Notes: generated from the letters alone by a model not told the origin. DNA of 64,000 bases from Prorocentrum cordatum (GCA_963575745.1 CAUYUJ010000001.1:2666001-2730000); one strand, 5' to 3'. Shown: positions 1 to 14,197, counted from the first letter of the stretch. Numbers and translations: made by a program.

Positions 1-2459
1 GATGTGCCAAACAGCCTCGTCTCCATGGCGCGCGCCCCTCGAAAACACCGCGCTCTTGCGACGAGTCGGCTCGGTGGCGGCGGTTCGAACCGACCTGAGC
101 CCAAACTGCTACGGGTGACGTGGAGTCCTCGATGGGGAGGGCGGGAGGGAGAAGGATCCGGAGAAAGCGCATAGGGACGCTGACCGTCGGGGGCGTCCAG
201 GAGGGGGGGCGTCACAGAGGTGGGGCGCAAATCATGGCTGACAGCATTTGCGCGGTCCGGGGGGGGGGGGGCGGGAACGTATTGAAATAAGAAGAGGCGC
301 CATGACATCTGGGGAGACATCATGGCCCCCGCCATGATACATCCCCGCTCAAGTATCCATCCACCCCTCTAGGCCGCCCCCGATACGGGACCTCATTCAC
401 CTCCCTGAGCGCCATCCTGTGCACAACCAGATCAAGATCACGGGCGCGCTCAGGTTCTAGTCGAAGCCCATACTTCCTCCAAGGCCCCCTGAGGACCGCA
501 GTCATGTCTACCAAGCTTCCCTGCGAACAAGCGTTCACAAGCGAAGGCACCAAGGCGCTAACGTGAATGTCCATGGGGACCTGCATGAATCCCACCAGCC
601 CTCTGGGCGTAGGTGGTTTAGCGAACTTGTGTCGCCTCTCTTCTAAAATCCCTGCTTCATCTGCTCGGGGGAGGGGCATTTACCACTATTCCCTATTGAT
701 ATACACCCCCTCCCCCAAGCGACCGATTGCGCCGACCCTATGCGCCCCCCCAAACTATCCATATCACAAAACACACTCTGCCTCCAAATTCGGAGCCCGC
801 GTAACCAATATGATGCGGTCCCCCCATCATCCCTGTCAGAACACAGAGTACACTTTGGGGCAAAAATCTTGAGTCATGTTCGTGAGGCCAGCGGGCACTT
901 TGTACTGTTTTTTGAAAGGGACGGCGGGTGTGTCAGCATATTGCCTGTTGTGCGCAAGGCCACCATCCATGTCAAAAACAATACAACAGAGACCTCGCGG
1001 CTAAATCTGGATCATACATGGCCACCCCGTGATCACTATCAACAGATTTTTGACAGGGACGGCGGGGTTGGTGGCGCATGGCCTTCTGTGTGCAGGCCCA
1101 CCAGGCACCATGATGGACATTGGTTTACGACAAGGATGGTGGGGGCCGACATGTTTCCTGATGTGTGCTGGCATGTGCGCAAGCGCACACGACACGATCT
1201 GCACGTGCCCCGAACGTGGTGCACCTGGCGCGGCTGGAGTATGCGGCACACCTGGCGCACGTGGAGCACGTAGCGCATCTGGCACACCAGGCGTGCCTGG
1301 CACGCTCGGGCCCCAGGGGTGCCTGGCGCGTGTCGCGCCTGGCACGCGTGGCGCACCTCACCCCAGCGTCGCGCACAAGGGGTCGGTTTCAGTTTCCAGT
1401 AGCTGTCCATCCAGAGTCGACCACTGAACATGCTGAGGCTCGGGTTTTACTTATATGTTGGGGGGGCGGGTGGGAGTGAGCCAGGCGCCTTGCGATCAAG
1501 GAGGGTGTCTTGACCCCTCCCCGTGCCCCCTCCACTGGGTCTGGAGGGGGGGAGGGGCGCGGGAAGTTAGAGGTTAGAGCGTCCAATATGGGCACAGATG
1601 GCTTCAAGAGGGCCTCAGAGACCCCAAGATTGCCTCCAAGATGGGTCAGAATATCCCAAGATGGCTCAATATAGCCTCCGAGTCACATCCAAGAGGCCTC
1701 AAGACGACCCCAAGACGGCTTCAAGTGCTCGCCGAGCCTTCAAGGACCCCCCCCAAGAGGCCAAAAGGCTTCGAAACCTAAAGGCGAATCAATGTTGTTT
1801 GCCTTCTCGCTTGTTCTCTTCCGATGGGCATTGGGGCCTCAAGATGGTTTGAGGATGGCTTAAGAGAGGCCCGAGAAGGACTCAAGAGGGCCCCATGAGG
1901 GCCCAATATCGCCCAGGAGCGCTCCAAGAGCTGCCCGATTGGGCCCCAAGTCTGCATGTTCGAGCCTCCGATGGGGAGGGGACCTGACTTTCCTACCCCC
2001 CCCTCTGTTGGAACGATGGTGCCCCAGATTGCCCTTCGAGGCTTCCCAGACCCCTCCGAAGGGCCCGAAGAGGGCCCCAGGATCCCCAGAACGAGCCCCA
2101 AGAGGACCCCAAAAGCCCCGAGAGGCCCCACGGGGACCCCAAGAGATCCCTTAAGATGGCCTCGATTGTCCTTCACGAGCCTCTCACAACAACATCTCCA
2201 ACGCCGGACTTCTCATCTTCCTTATCTTCGTCCGTTCCTTCCCTCCTCGTTTCCTTCCTCCTCCCTCTTCCTCCTCATATTCCTCGTGCCGCATTCCTCC
2301 TCCTCCTCCTCCTCCTCCATTCCTTCTCCTTATAGATAACTTCCCCCTATCGCACCCCGAAGCAAGTCTTTAGGGCGGCCCAGGCGTTTCGCCTGAGACC
2401 TCCTCACAATGTATGACTCTGAAGCTTCAAAAGTGACAGCAGTTTCACAAATGGAGGGT

Positions 2460-2695
2460 GGGTTGTTTTCAAAATGTGGCTCTCGCCTTAGCGCCGCGCA
2501 CCTTCGTTTTCGAACTTTGCAAGAACTTCACGGGTAAAAAAAGGGTCGTTTTCAAACTGTGGCTCTCGCCTTGGCTCCGCGCACATTCGTTTTCAACGTT
2601 TGCAAAAGCTTCACGGATTGAGCGCGGTTCCTTTTCAAAATGTGGCTCTCGCCTTAGCGCCGCGCACATTCGTTTTCAACATTTGCAAGCGTTTA
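2460..2695 (+). repeat. 83-bp satellite, ~3 copies
   Basis: TTTTCAAA.TGTGGCTCTCGCC at 2466, 2549 and 2632; same family inverted at 26520-27185. Confidence 0.85.
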
Positions 2696-3406
2696 CTGAT
2701 TCCCATGATCAACGTGCTGGAATTAGTGTGTTGGAAGGATTCAGGATTATGCGGTGCAACAAGTGTCGGGTTGATACGTGGCGTTGGCATTCCAGGAACC
2801 ATGTTCTGGCATGCTTCAGGATCTTCAAACAGTTGTCCTCCAACGAGGCACTTCCCTTCATGGAGGTGAACAGTTGTAGGGGCCTATGAAAAAAAAAGGG
2901 AGCTGGGAGGGATGATTAATTCCAACATCGTTGATGACCTTTGGCTTTGCGGGGGTTTTCCTCCTCCTCCTCCTCCTCCTCCTCCTCCTCCTCCCCTGTG
3001 TCCTCCTCTTCCTCCTCCTCCTCCTCCGTCTCCTCCTCCTCCTCCTCCTTCTCCTCCTTCGTCTCTTCCTATCATTCTTTTTGACCCCAAGATACTCCCG
3101 GGAGGTCGAGCGCCTCCGGAAGACCTCCATGATGCCTCAAGACAGCCTCAATATTGCCAAAGGTAGCTGGGCATGGCTCAAACTAGCGTCCGACAGTCTC
3201 TACCGACCATGGCTCAAAATCGCCTCCAAGAGGCCTCGACGAAACCTCCGCTCGTATCTGGATGGACTGGTGGGGATACTTTTTACCTAACAGCGAAGAC
3301 TGATAGGTTTCTAGTTGGGCCAGAAGAAAACATCATGACGCCCCAGGGGGGTCTGGGCGCGATCCGGGGGAGGATGCCAGGGACTCCTTTTTTACAAACA
3401 GTAACG

Positions 3407-3752
3407 CACTTCGTGTTCTTCGAGTTCCCAGAACTCCATTCCTGGGCATGATTTTGAATGCCCGGAACCAACTGTAAGCCACTTCGTGTTCTTCGAGTTC
3501 CCAGAACTCCACTCCTGGGCATGATTTTGAATGCCCGGAGCCAACTGTAGGCCACTTCGTGGTCTTCGAGATCCCAAAACACCATTCCTGGGGGTGATTT
3601 TGAATGTTCGGAGCCAAATGTAGCCCACTTCGTGGCCTTCAAATTCTTAGAACTCCATTCGTGGGCATGATTTTGAATGCCCGGAGCCAACTGTAGGCCA
3701 CTTCGTGTTCTTCGAGCTCCCAGAACTTTATTCCCGGGCAACATTTTGAATG
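3407..3752. repeat. 73-bp tandem repeat, ~4.7 copies
   Basis: CACTTCGTG at 3407, 3480, 3553, 3626 and 3699. Confidence 0.95.
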
Positions 3753-5192
3753 CTGAGGCAGGCTGATGCTGAGGCTGAGGCAGGCTGAGGCTGAAGCCGA
3801 GGCTGAAGGCAGACTGCGGCTGAGGCTGATGCAGGCTGAGGCTGAGGCTAAGGCAGGCGGAGGCTGAGGCTGAGGCAGGCTGATGCTGAGGCAGGCTGAG
3901 GCTGAGGCTGAGGCTGACGCAGGCTGAGGCTGAGGCCGAGGCTGAAGGCAGACTGAGGCTGAGGCTGAAGCAGGCTGAGGCTGAGGCTGAGGCTAAAGCA
4001 GGCGGAGGCTGAGGCTGAGGCAGGCTGATGCTGAAGGCAGGCTGAGGCTGAGGCTGAGGCTGAAGCAGGCTGAGGCTGAGGCAGGCTGAGTCTGAGGCCG
4101 AAGGCAGACTGAGGCTGAGGTTGAAGCAGGCTGAGGCTGAGGCTGAGGCAGGCTGAGGCTGAGGCTGAGGGAGGCTGATGCGGAGGCAGGCTGAGGCTGA
4201 GGCTGAAGCTGATGCAGGCTGAGGCTGAGGCAGGCTGAAATTGAGGCTGAGGCAGGCTGACGCTGAGGCGGGCTGAGGCTGAGGCTGAGGCTGAGGCAGG
4301 CTGAGGCTGAGGCAGGCTGAGGTTGAGGCCGAGGCTGAAGGCAGACTGAGGCCTGAGGCTGAGGCTGAAGCAGGCTGAGGCTGAGGCTGAGGCAGGCTGA
4401 GGCTGAGGCTGCGGCAGGCTGATGCGGAGGCAGGCTGAGGCTGAGGCTGCGGCTCATGCAGGCTGAGGCTGATGCAGGCTCAGGCTGAGGCCGATGCTGA
4501 AGGCAGGCCGATGCTGAGGCTGAAGCAGGCTGAGGCTGAGGCTGAGGCAGGCTGAGGCTGAGGCTGAGGCAGGCTGATGCTGAGGCTGAGGCTGAGGCTG
4601 AGGCTGCAGGCTGGCTGAGGCTGAGGCTGAGGCTGAGAGGCTGAGGCGAGGCTGAGGCTGAGGCTGAGGCTGAGAGGCTGAGGCTGAGGCTGAGGCAGGC
4701 TGAGGCTGCAGGCTGGCTGAGGCTGAGGCAGGCTGAGGCTGAGGCAGGCTGAGGCTGAGGCCGAGGCTGAAGGCAGACTGAGGCTGAGGCTGAAGCAGGC
4801 TGAGGCTGAGGCTGAGGCAGGCTGAGGCTGAGGCTGAGGCAGGCTGAGGCTGAGGCAGGCTGAGGCTGAGGCTGAGGCTGATGCAGGCTGAGGCTGAGGC
4901 AGGCTGAGGCTGAGGCCGAGGCCGACGGCAGACTGAGGCTGAGGCTGAAGCAGGCTGAGGCTGAGGCAGAGGCAGGCTGAGGCTGAGGCTGAGGCAGGCT
5001 GATGCTGAGGCAGGCTGAGGCTGAGGCTGAGGCTGATGCAGGCTGAGGCTGAGGCCGAGGCCGAGGCTGAGGCTAAGGCCGAGGCTGAAGGGGGACTGAT
5101 GCTGAGGCTGAAGCAGGCTGAGGCTGAGGCCGAGGCAGGCTGAGGCTGAGGCAGGCTGAGGCTGAGGCTGAAGCAGGCCGTGGCTGAGGCTG
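3753..5192. repeat. (GCTGAG)n / GCAG composite microsatellite
   Basis: Direct reading. Confidence 0.97.
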
Positions 5193-6929
5193 TGACTGCG
5201 ACTGCCGTTGCCGCTGCCACTGTCATCGCGAGTTGGACTACGACTGCGAGAACAGCAGAATTCTACAACCGGATTCTCATCTGAATCTTAAGGGGAATGC
5301 TTCCAGATATGCTCCTTCACATCGCTGTTAGGTTGCTTTGCCAGGATAATTTGTTCGCAACCGCTGGCGGACAACAACGCGGCGTCAATAGTTCGAACGA
5401 CAAGCGGGCCTACGTGGAACAGGGCGGATGCTTAAACTACAGGGCGGGGCCGAAACCGAACGCGAGCGGCGGACGGGCAACGAAGAAGGACAGGCGACTA
5501 ACGCGGCACAGCTCAGAAGCCGAAGATCACGACCCGAGCGCGCCAGTGAACGCGACATCCTCGGAAAGCCCGCCACATCTTCGCCGACGCGTATGCCAGC
5601 GTGAGGACTGCGAGCCCGGCGCCAATCAAGATGCAGTAAGCCAGCCGGCGCAAGCCCACCGTGTGGACGCGCGGACTGGAAAGCGTCGAGGACCCTGCGT
5701 CCCGGTATCCCAATTCGCAAGATCGAATCGTCGAGGGAGACTTGGCCAGCGAGGGGCACGTGGGCTTCTGCCGTGAGCCGACCGGAGAATATCGACAGCT
5801 GCCAGCCCAACAGGGGGCGCCGCGGGACAGCCGACGTAGAACGATGGACCCACTGGCCCGCGCGCCCCGGGGGGGCACTGATGGCCAGGGGCGTGCTGTG
5901 GACGGGGTCGCGACTAACGGCCGCAGAGAAATGGTTGTAACGCAGCGGGTGGGGTCGCAGCTAACGGCCGCGGAGACATGGGCGCGATATTGCGAGTGGG
6001 GTCGCAGCTAACAACCGCGGAGAAAGTGCGTTGAGGGCGGGCCGTGAGCCTCCGGTGGGGGGATGGCCGCGGGAGGCGCCGGGACAAGCGAACTGGGGTG
6101 ACTATTGTCAGCGTGCCTCGACGCCCCCGGGGGAGCGCCGGCGCGTGCGTCGAGTCAGTCGCGTGTGAGTAAGCGCCCCTGGTGCACGCGGCGAGGGCAG
6201 CCCAACTGGAGAGGGGGGTCGCGGATGACAGCCGCGGAGTTAGTGAGAAGACGCGCGGGCCTGAGCACCGCGTGCGGGGGGGCCGCAGACGGGGGGCGGG
6301 GGTGCACGATGAGACCGCGGCGCGCAGGCCCTAGCGCCCCGGGGGGGGCACCAAGGGCGCGGTGAGTGGCGCCTGCAGCTAACGCCCGCAGAGCAGTAGA
6401 GACGCGGTGGAAAGAGCCTCAGAGGAGGGGCGACGAGGAAGGTGCGAGGGGCGAGGGGGGGGGGGGCGGCTAACAGCCGCGGCGAATGTGAACAGAAAGG
6501 CGAGGCAGCCAAGCGGGAGACGGAAGGGGGCAGGCCGACAGGCCGAATGGCCAGCGAGGGCCAGGCGCAGGTGTGCGGGGCAGCACGGGGCTGCGAAGAG
6601 GTGCCGCGGGGGCTCTAGAAGTAACCGTGGCCCAGTTGGAAGGGCCCAATCTCCGAGCCGCCGAAAGCGCGCCGGGGGGGCGGCAATCATCCCGGGGGGG
6701 AGAGAAGCCGCAAAGTGGCGTCCCGGAAAGGGCTCTAAGGCCTGGGACAGGCCGTCAGCCCCAGCTGGGCACGTCCAGGGTGGCATTCGCGCACTCAGGG
6801 CGGTGCGCAGGAGGAGCCGACCAGCCCGTGGCCAGGAGCGGTGAGGCTCCGAAAGGCACACTGAGGCACAGTGACCGGCGTCCACGAGTGCCGTTGCGCG
6901 CGCCTGCCTGAGCGGCCTGCGCGGGACTT

Positions 6930-7400
6930 AGGCGTGCGCCCAGGGCTGGCGCGAGCCCGCTGCCCTTCTGGGTTCCGCCGTTCTTGTCCAATGGGTGACG
7001 CTGTCTTCGCGCGGCCCCTTGCCTTTGGCCTTGCTAGGGGTGCCCGCGTTCCTAGCTCTGTCGTTGAACCGTGCGCGGGCTGCACCCCGGTTGACCCCGA
7101 GGTGGGGCGCAGCGTCCATCTTGAAGACGTCACATTTGTGACTGAGCCATTCCTTGAGGAAGCGTGCGCAGGACTCGGGGTGCTGGCGCGTAGGGTCGGC
7201 GCAAGGGCGGCCCGACGGCGTGATTCTTGGTCGCCCATTGATGCCATACTCCATTGAAATAATCACTCAGGTCCCTCTGGAGTCGTTTCACGGTTTCGGC
7301 AGGAGCCTCGCCAATGGGGTTCAGGAGGTCGGAGTCCTGTCTCTGGGTCGCACAGGTTTTGTGAGTAGTCGCCTTGGGCACTCCTGAAGGATGGCCAGGG
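6930..7400 (-). pseudogene. Possible degenerate retrotransposon gag-like fragment
   Basis: KAKGKG followed by an eroded CCCH-like finger (THWTRT...PWAH); recognised by eye only. Confidence 0.3.
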
Positions 7401-10130
7401 GCCTGACCGGGGAGCGGGGAAGTCGTCGGGAGCGTGGGCCGGCTCCAGCGGTCGTCGGTCCCCGAGCTGGACCACTCTGTCCATTCTGTCCAGTGGCCGC
7501 CGCAAGGGCAACGACTGGTCTCGTGGTGGCGACGCGAGCGGCGCTCGCGCCATCCTTCGTTCCAGTCAAACACCTCCCGCGCCGCGCTGGCAGCCTGGGG
7601 TTGCTGGGGTATGCTAGGGGAAAGCGGGGCTCCTCGCTCTGGCAGGCTCGTGAGATTCCTGTCGTCTTGCCCGGCGGGCACGGGGGAGGCGCGTGGACCG
7701 GGCTGCAGGACTTGTCAGCAGTCTCGGGGCTGCCGGAAAAGTGAACCAGCAGGACTGGGGGTTCCGAGCTCGGGGTCGGAGACAGGGCCACAGGTGCCCC
7801 TTGGCGCCCCCGTTGCGAAGAGGGTAGGTCAGGCCGTCGGGGGGGCACCCGCAGAGGTTTCCGAGCCCTCGTCCCCGCGGCCGGCTGCATCGTCGTCTCT
7901 CGTGGCGGGAGGGGGGCTACCCGAGTTGGCCGCTTGATGGGGAGGAGCGTCAGCGGCGGGGCTCGCAAGCCGCGGGCGGGTGCCGTCAGGGCAGCGAGAG
8001 CTGGCCCCACGGTTGTAGGGTGGGTTGGTGCCGCTTTGTACTGACGACGCAGGGGAGGGTACCACCTCGTTGCCCCAGTCGGCGATTTCAGGTGTGCGGG
8101 GGGCAAAGGGGTGGAATTCTGCTGGTGGGTCTGCCGCCTCAGAGTGCTGCTCGCCGAGCCGTGCCCACCAATCGTTGTCGCTGTGCTCCTTGATGGGGGT
8201 GGTGTCGATCTGTCTGCACAGTTCCTGCGTGCTTGTGGGGATACGCGACGCGTAAAGAATTCACTAGCGAACAAGCGAAAACGCAAGCCAGCGACGAGGA
8301 AGGAAAGAAAATTGGGCGATGCCCGCAACGTGCCGAGCTGCCCCAGCTGCGGCGGGTTCGAAATTATCGGCCATGGCTAGGGCGCACCTGACTGCACACC
8401 TCGGCGAGAGCCTTCGATCTTCCTGGTCACACATCATGCGCTGCCGACTGCGCTGCCCGCAGTGTGCCAGGCTGCCATGCCCAATATGCGAGACACGAAC
8501 CCAATATAACAACGGCTGCCATTGGATAGCCCACCGCGCTGCCCGGTGTAGAACATGAGCCTGGCGCGACCCAAATAAGGGGTCTTCTTCCAAAGCAATC
8601 CAAAGCACTGCTTGGCATTGTTTTGCATTACCTGGCGTTGCGTGGCAATGCTTGAGATCGTTGCTTGCCAGCCCTTGGAGTTGCTTGGCGTTGCTTGGCA
8701 TGGCTTGACGTTGCTTGCTTGGCGTTACATGGCATATGGCATCGCTTTGGCATCGGATTTGCATTGCTTCGCATTGCTTGGCCTTCATTGGCGTTGATTG
8801 GCATTGCTTGGAGTTCTGCTTGGCATTACTTGGCATTGCTTGGCGGGGAATCCCGAGCAACGCTGGGGAACCCCGAGCAGCGCCTTGGCGGGGAACCCCC
8901 AAGCAGCGCCGAGAGGCGCCTTTGACGAAGTGGCCGTACCCACCAGCTTCACAAACGAATGAGGGACCCTTCGGCAAAGCCTAATTTGGAGCACGTCCCT
9001 GCTGCCCTGAGCATGACGGCCGCATGGGGTAATCTCAGTCTTGCCGCATTCCTAACCCACATCGCTCTGGGATGCAACTATTCCTTCCCCACGTCGCGCA
9101 AACGCAAACGTACTGCGTGCATTGTGCCAGGCTGTTCTGCATGCTGCGCACAAGCCTGGAACTTGCGCTGCCAATCCACAGAAACCTCCGTGGGAATACA
9201 TCACGCGTCACGTATCTCGCAATACGCTGCCCGTGCCGCGACAAGAAACCTTTGTCCAATGTGCGAGGAAACGCCACGATGCCCCCGGGCCGCGCCAACG
9301 CAACATTTTGGACCCGCCTTGGAGGCTACGTACGAGCGGCGCTGGCCAGTGATGTAAAACGCACAGCCCAAGAACCCCCAATGATGCAGCGAGGAAAAAA
9401 CGGACGCCGGCGTGGTGATAGTGGATGTTGGCATATCGGTGTCCGAGGGAAAAATATTCGGATTGTTCTGTTTTTGTGAAAAGGAGGGGCGCTGTTCCAT
9501 CGAGACTCCAGCATCGGGTGTCCGGCAGGGGAACGTGAGCAAACAGCTCTGCCAGCGTGCTGACTGGCACTCTGGGCGAGGTGCTGCCGAGCGCTGCCTG
9601 GCACTGGCAGGGTCTCTGTAACATGTTCAACACACGCCCCCTCCTCCGAAGCGCACTGGCTCGCCCGTGCAGCACGCACTCCCCCCCCTTCGACGCTCCG
9701 CAAGGCTTGCAAGGATGCCCAGCACGACTGCCGAAACGGCCCAGGACGGCCTCCAGTTATATCAGAGAGGCCGCACAGACGACTAAAGAGAGGGGGGCCA
9801 GTCAGAACTGCTTGTCGCGATCCACGGCGTCTCGGTGCGTTCTGCTTCCCAGGCTTCTCGGCCCAAGGTGGCCTCCGAAATGTCCAGGAAGGCCCCCGCA
9901 TACTCCGATAGGTGGATGGGAGTAGTGAGATGCTCGTTCTGGGGATCTTCCTTGAACCACTCGCTCCACTCATGCGTCGGTACTTTGTCGAACGTCCGTC
10001 GACTTGAGTCGAGAACTTGAATCGAATTAGAGCCGAACAGATCCGTCAGGTGAGTCCCAAGCAGCTCCCTGAAACGAACAGCTAAGCGGAGGGGGGGTGA
10101 TCGCAGCAGCGCAAGGCGTACGGGCGGGGC

Positions 10131-10183
10131 CTCTTCTGCTGGTCCAAGTCCGCCTCTGCTCTCGCCCTCTGGCTCCGCTCTGC
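10131..10183 (-). CDS. Putative host exon (AERSQRARAEADLDQQK[R])
   Basis: GAG|G acceptor, AG|GC donor; RARAE..L.QQK repeat shared with the 11.4 kb exon. Confidence 0.6.
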
Positions 10184-11009
10184 CTCGGCTCTCGGGGGGA
10201 AGCGAGGGGGCCAAGGATCGCAGGACGTCGGACAGTTATGCTGGAGGGAGAGGGCTGGAGGAGAGGGGCGATGAGGACGATGCAGAGAAAAAGCAGGAGG
10301 AGGGAGGGAGGAGCAACTGGGAGGGCGGGAGCGAGAGCGAGAGAGAGGATGGAGGAGGGAGCAGAGAGGAGGGAATAGAGAAGGGGGGAAAGCGGGAGGA
10401 GGAGGAGGAGGAGGGCGGATAGAAGAGGAGGAGGGAGAGGAGGAGGAGGGCGGAGAGAGGAGAGGGGATGGGAGGATAGGGTCGAGGGAGGGTTGCAACG
10501 TGTGGAATGGGAAGAACAAGACGACCATTATGAAGTGAAAGGAAAGATCTTGGAAGACGCACCAAGGAGGATACAGTAGAACACCGCAAAGAAGAATGCC
10601 CGGGGATGTAGAAACCATGGAGCTGGGGACGATGAAAAGACAGGGATGAGAGAAGAGAGTGGAGGGATGATGGATACATGCTGGAAGGTGAACTGTCACA
10701 TATGGAAGGTGACGAGTGCAGGACGAGAGAAGGATGAGAGAACGCGGCGGAGAGGGGAGGCAGAAGAAGGATGAAGGCTAGCAATTACGGGAACATGAGA
10801 AGGGCAGCGGCCGGATGAAAGTAAGGAGACATGAGGGAAGAACGCGGAAGGAGGGAGAGCAGGGAGGGAGAACAGAGGGAATGATAAAGCAGACGGATGA
10901 TGGAAGGAGGGGGGAGAGAGAGAGAGAGAGAGAGAGAACAAAAAAAAAAACTACGACAATGAGAGCGAGGGAGGGAGAGAGAGAGAGAGAGAGAAGGAGA
11001 GAGAGAGAG

Positions 11010-11041
<32 letters not shown>

Positions 11042-11165
11042 GTGGTACATACACAGCTATATGCATAACGGGAGAAATAAGGATGAAGAGACTTGGCAAA
11101 GAGGGAGAGAGAGAGAGAGAGAGGGAGAGATGGTGAATGCAGAGGCAGAGAGAGAGGGAGCGAGA

Positions 11166-11201
<36 letters not shown>

Positions 11202-11237
11202 GAGAGAGGGCAAGAGAGGGAGAGCGAGAGCGAGAGG

Positions 11238-11269
<32 letters not shown>

Positions 11270-11358
11270 AAACGCCACACCTGGGAGCGAGAGACCGAGG
11301 AGCCAAAGAGCGGTGGCGTCGGGGAGGCGGGCGGGCGCGCTGCTGGCTCCCGCCCCGC

Positions 11359-11424
11359 CTCGGCCCTGGCCTTCTGCTGGCCCAGCTCCCTCTCGGCCCT
11401 CGCCCTCTCCCGGTCCGCCTCCGC
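11359..11424 (-). CDS. Putative host exon (AEADRERARAERELGQQKARAE)
   Basis: 66 nt, GAG|G acceptor, GAG|GC donor; frame absent from the ORF track; peptide repeats that of the next exon. Confidence 0.6.
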
Positions 11425-13794
11425 CTCGGCTCCGCGGGCGGAGGTCTCCGCGAGCGGGCGGGGCGAGCGGGCGAGGATCGGGCAGGGGATCGGCTACGGA
11501 ATGGATCTGCCCCGGCACCGATTTGCTCGTCGGATCTGCGGGAGTATACCGAGAATCCCCAGGAGATGTTTGCGGAACTCCTACGCAGCCGTCCGCCGTG
11601 GATTCGATGAGGGGGAACATCAGGTCTGATGATGGGCCCGTTTTCCATCACCCCAAGAAGTTGGAGGGGGGGAAGGAGGAGGAGGAGACAGAGGAGGAGG
11701 AGGAGGAGGAGGAGGAGGAGGAGGAGGAGAAGAAGGAGGAGGAGGAGGAGGAGGAGCCCCTCCCGCTCCGACTGCTGGTGGTGGTGGTGGAAAACGGCCC
11801 CCACCTCTGGGGCAGCTCGCCTCTGCAGTCGCTCCCCTGCTCGAGAAGCTCGCGGCGGGAGCGGCGGCGGCCCACGCCCTCCCGCAGCCGTCCCTGCACA
11901 CGCTGCTCGGGGTCCCCGGGCCTGCCGCCTCCGCGGCCGAGGAGGGCGCAGTGGGCACTGCGCCGCCCCGTGCGACGTCTTCGGGCCTGTAGAGGCTCGA
12001 TGCCTCGTGACAGCGACGCGAGCCCTTCGGCTCACCACGCGGCACTGCGGCACCGTAGGCGCGCAATCATGGATTGACGCGGCGGTGATGGCATGACTTC
12101 GCACCGCCACCCGCTGCTGCTGCCGGGATGTTCGGCGCGGCCATCGGCAGGGCCCGCAGAATTCGACGGGTCGTGGCGGTCGCCCCTAGGATCACCCTAG
12201 GGCACCACTGCGGATTGAGGCAACGCCCTGGTGACGGGTTTGAAACATTGTACAAATCCTCTCTTCTTTTGCGTGGGTGTCGAACGGGCTCTGTGGGTGC
12301 CGGCCAGTGCGGCTGTGTGAGCGCTGGCCACAACCCCATCTCTGGCATCGCCGCGTGGCACCTGGCGCCGTCTTTTCCCAACCTGTCCGCCTTTCGCGCC
12401 CAGTGGACCACGGGGAGGGCATCAACGATCGGAAGGCAGAAGGGCCGAACAGAAACCCTTCGAGGAATTCGAAGAATACGGAGAGGATCATTCCGACTCG
12501 GACACGACAATCCCATGCTCGCGGCATGACGTCGCAACCGACGCTGGGGCTTTGTGGACTGCTTATCACAATGGTGGTGAGCCGCCACTAATGTAAAACA
12601 TGGCCGGAGGCTTGGAATCCTTGAGAGACCCCTTGCACCATCCTGAGACTTCGCCAGTAAGGGGCGTGAGGATAACGGTCGTCCAGAGCCCCCCGCCTCT
12701 GCCCACCCCGCGCAGGCGCGAAGACAACAGCGCTCCTCCGACGCTCACTTGCACTCAGGGTCAGCTGACCTGCACATTCTTACTCTTTAGAGCAAGAGAA
12801 ACACACATAAACATAAACTTTCGACGGTCCGCGCGGATTTCTTGGATTTGCGCTGGACCCCCTCCCTGGCGCGCGGAGCGCGCCAGGGGCGGCGCCGGAG
12901 GCGCCGCCAGGTGGCCCCAGCGCAGATCCCAATGTATGTTTATGTTTGTGCGTTTCTTCTTCTGATTCTTCTACTTGTTTGTTGTTATTCTTCTTCTTCG
13001 ACTCTTGTGGCGGAGGGGACGGATGCACCACGGGGAGGGCGGGGCCGAGCCGCCAGACGCCATGGACAGGACCAGAGGGCGGCCGCGGCCCAAGGCGCAC
13101 GCCGCGCCAGCGCAGCTACCACCCACGCGGCCTCGCCTTCCCCCCCCCTCTTTACACACCTCTCCCTCTTTGCACACGTCCCCCCTCTTTCCACAGCTCT
13201 CCCTCGCACGCCGCGCCAGCGCCTCTCTCCCGTCCTCGAGGCCCAGAGCACCGAGGCCAAGCCCGCAACTTTGAACTGCCCTGCCCCTCCGGCCGTAACC
13301 AACTGCCGCCCGAGCCTGCCGCCAAGCCCCTCTGGCCAACAAGGTTACGGTGCTTGACCCGGAAAGAGTTGCCAAGAAGCACGGCTGGACCAACAAAAAT
13401 GTTCCTGGGTCTGCGCGCTTGCATTCTTTGGGATCCGTGGAGGTTGCTGGGGTGAACCGCCAAACCCCAGCACGCGGCGCCAACCCACCGGCGCGACGCG
13501 CGAGTCCGTTCCAACTTGCAGGCCTCCTCGGCCACCTTGCTGACAGGGCGAGTGACGGCCTACAGGCCCAGTTTGCGCGTAGCGACCCTGACTCAACCCT
13601 TACCTCGTTCGTTTCCCCCGCCCCCCCCTCTCCTCATGCACGCGCCGGTGGCATGGGCACACCCATCAGTGGGGGCCAGGATTGAAATGATAAATTCTCA
13701 AAACATGCTGGGAAGATGGATGTTTTCTAGCTTTGCTATAATCAACAGGAATCTAACGTAGCACCCCGCAATTGCGAATAAGAAAGAGGGGGCG

Positions 13795-13836
13795 GGCGCG
13801 GGCGACGCGGGCGTCGAGCCGGCGGACCTCGTGGCC
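13795..13836 (-). CDS. Possible host exon (GHEVRRLDARVAR)
   Basis: GAG|G acceptors at 13836 or 13827, GC3-rich codons; donor unclear. Confidence 0.3.
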
Positions 13837-14197
13837 CTCACCTTCCCCGTCGATGGCGCCCTCCTCCTCCTCCTGCTCCTCCTCCTCTTCTTCCTCGTCC
13901 GCGTCATCGTCCTCATCGTCGTCGTCGTCCGCCTCCCCCTCCTCCTCCTCCACCTCCTCCTCCTCTCCTCCTCCTCCTCCTCCTCTTCCTCCTTGTTCCT
14001 CCTTTTCCTCCTCCTCTTCCTCCTCCTCTTCCTCCTCCTCCTCTTCCTCCCCCATCCCGATCCTCCCCCCTCCTGCTTTCCGTCGTCGTCGTCATCCTCC
14101 TCCTCCCCCTCCTCCTCTATCCTTTCTCATCGTCCCCCTCCGTCCCCCCATCCTTTTCCTCCTCGCCCTCGTCGTCGGCCTCCTCTTCGTCCTTGTA

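Noticed and set aside
320..679. 119-aa ORF
   Set aside because: No recognisable motif or splice pattern; cannot be supported
1598..2165. ATGGCTCAA-like strings as SL relics (also ~3170-3220)
   Set aside because: They are part of a CCAAGATGGC-type simple interspersed repeat and lack the CCATTTT portion
3407..3752. 73-bp regularly spaced repeats as a CRISPR array
   Set aside because: Whole units are homologous with no unique spacers, there are no cas genes and the context is eukaryotic; the same applies to 52298-52870
10785..12110. 420-441 aa ORFs on both strands
   Set aside because: Built from GA/GGA tracts and GC-rich sequence; only a short exon in another frame looks coding
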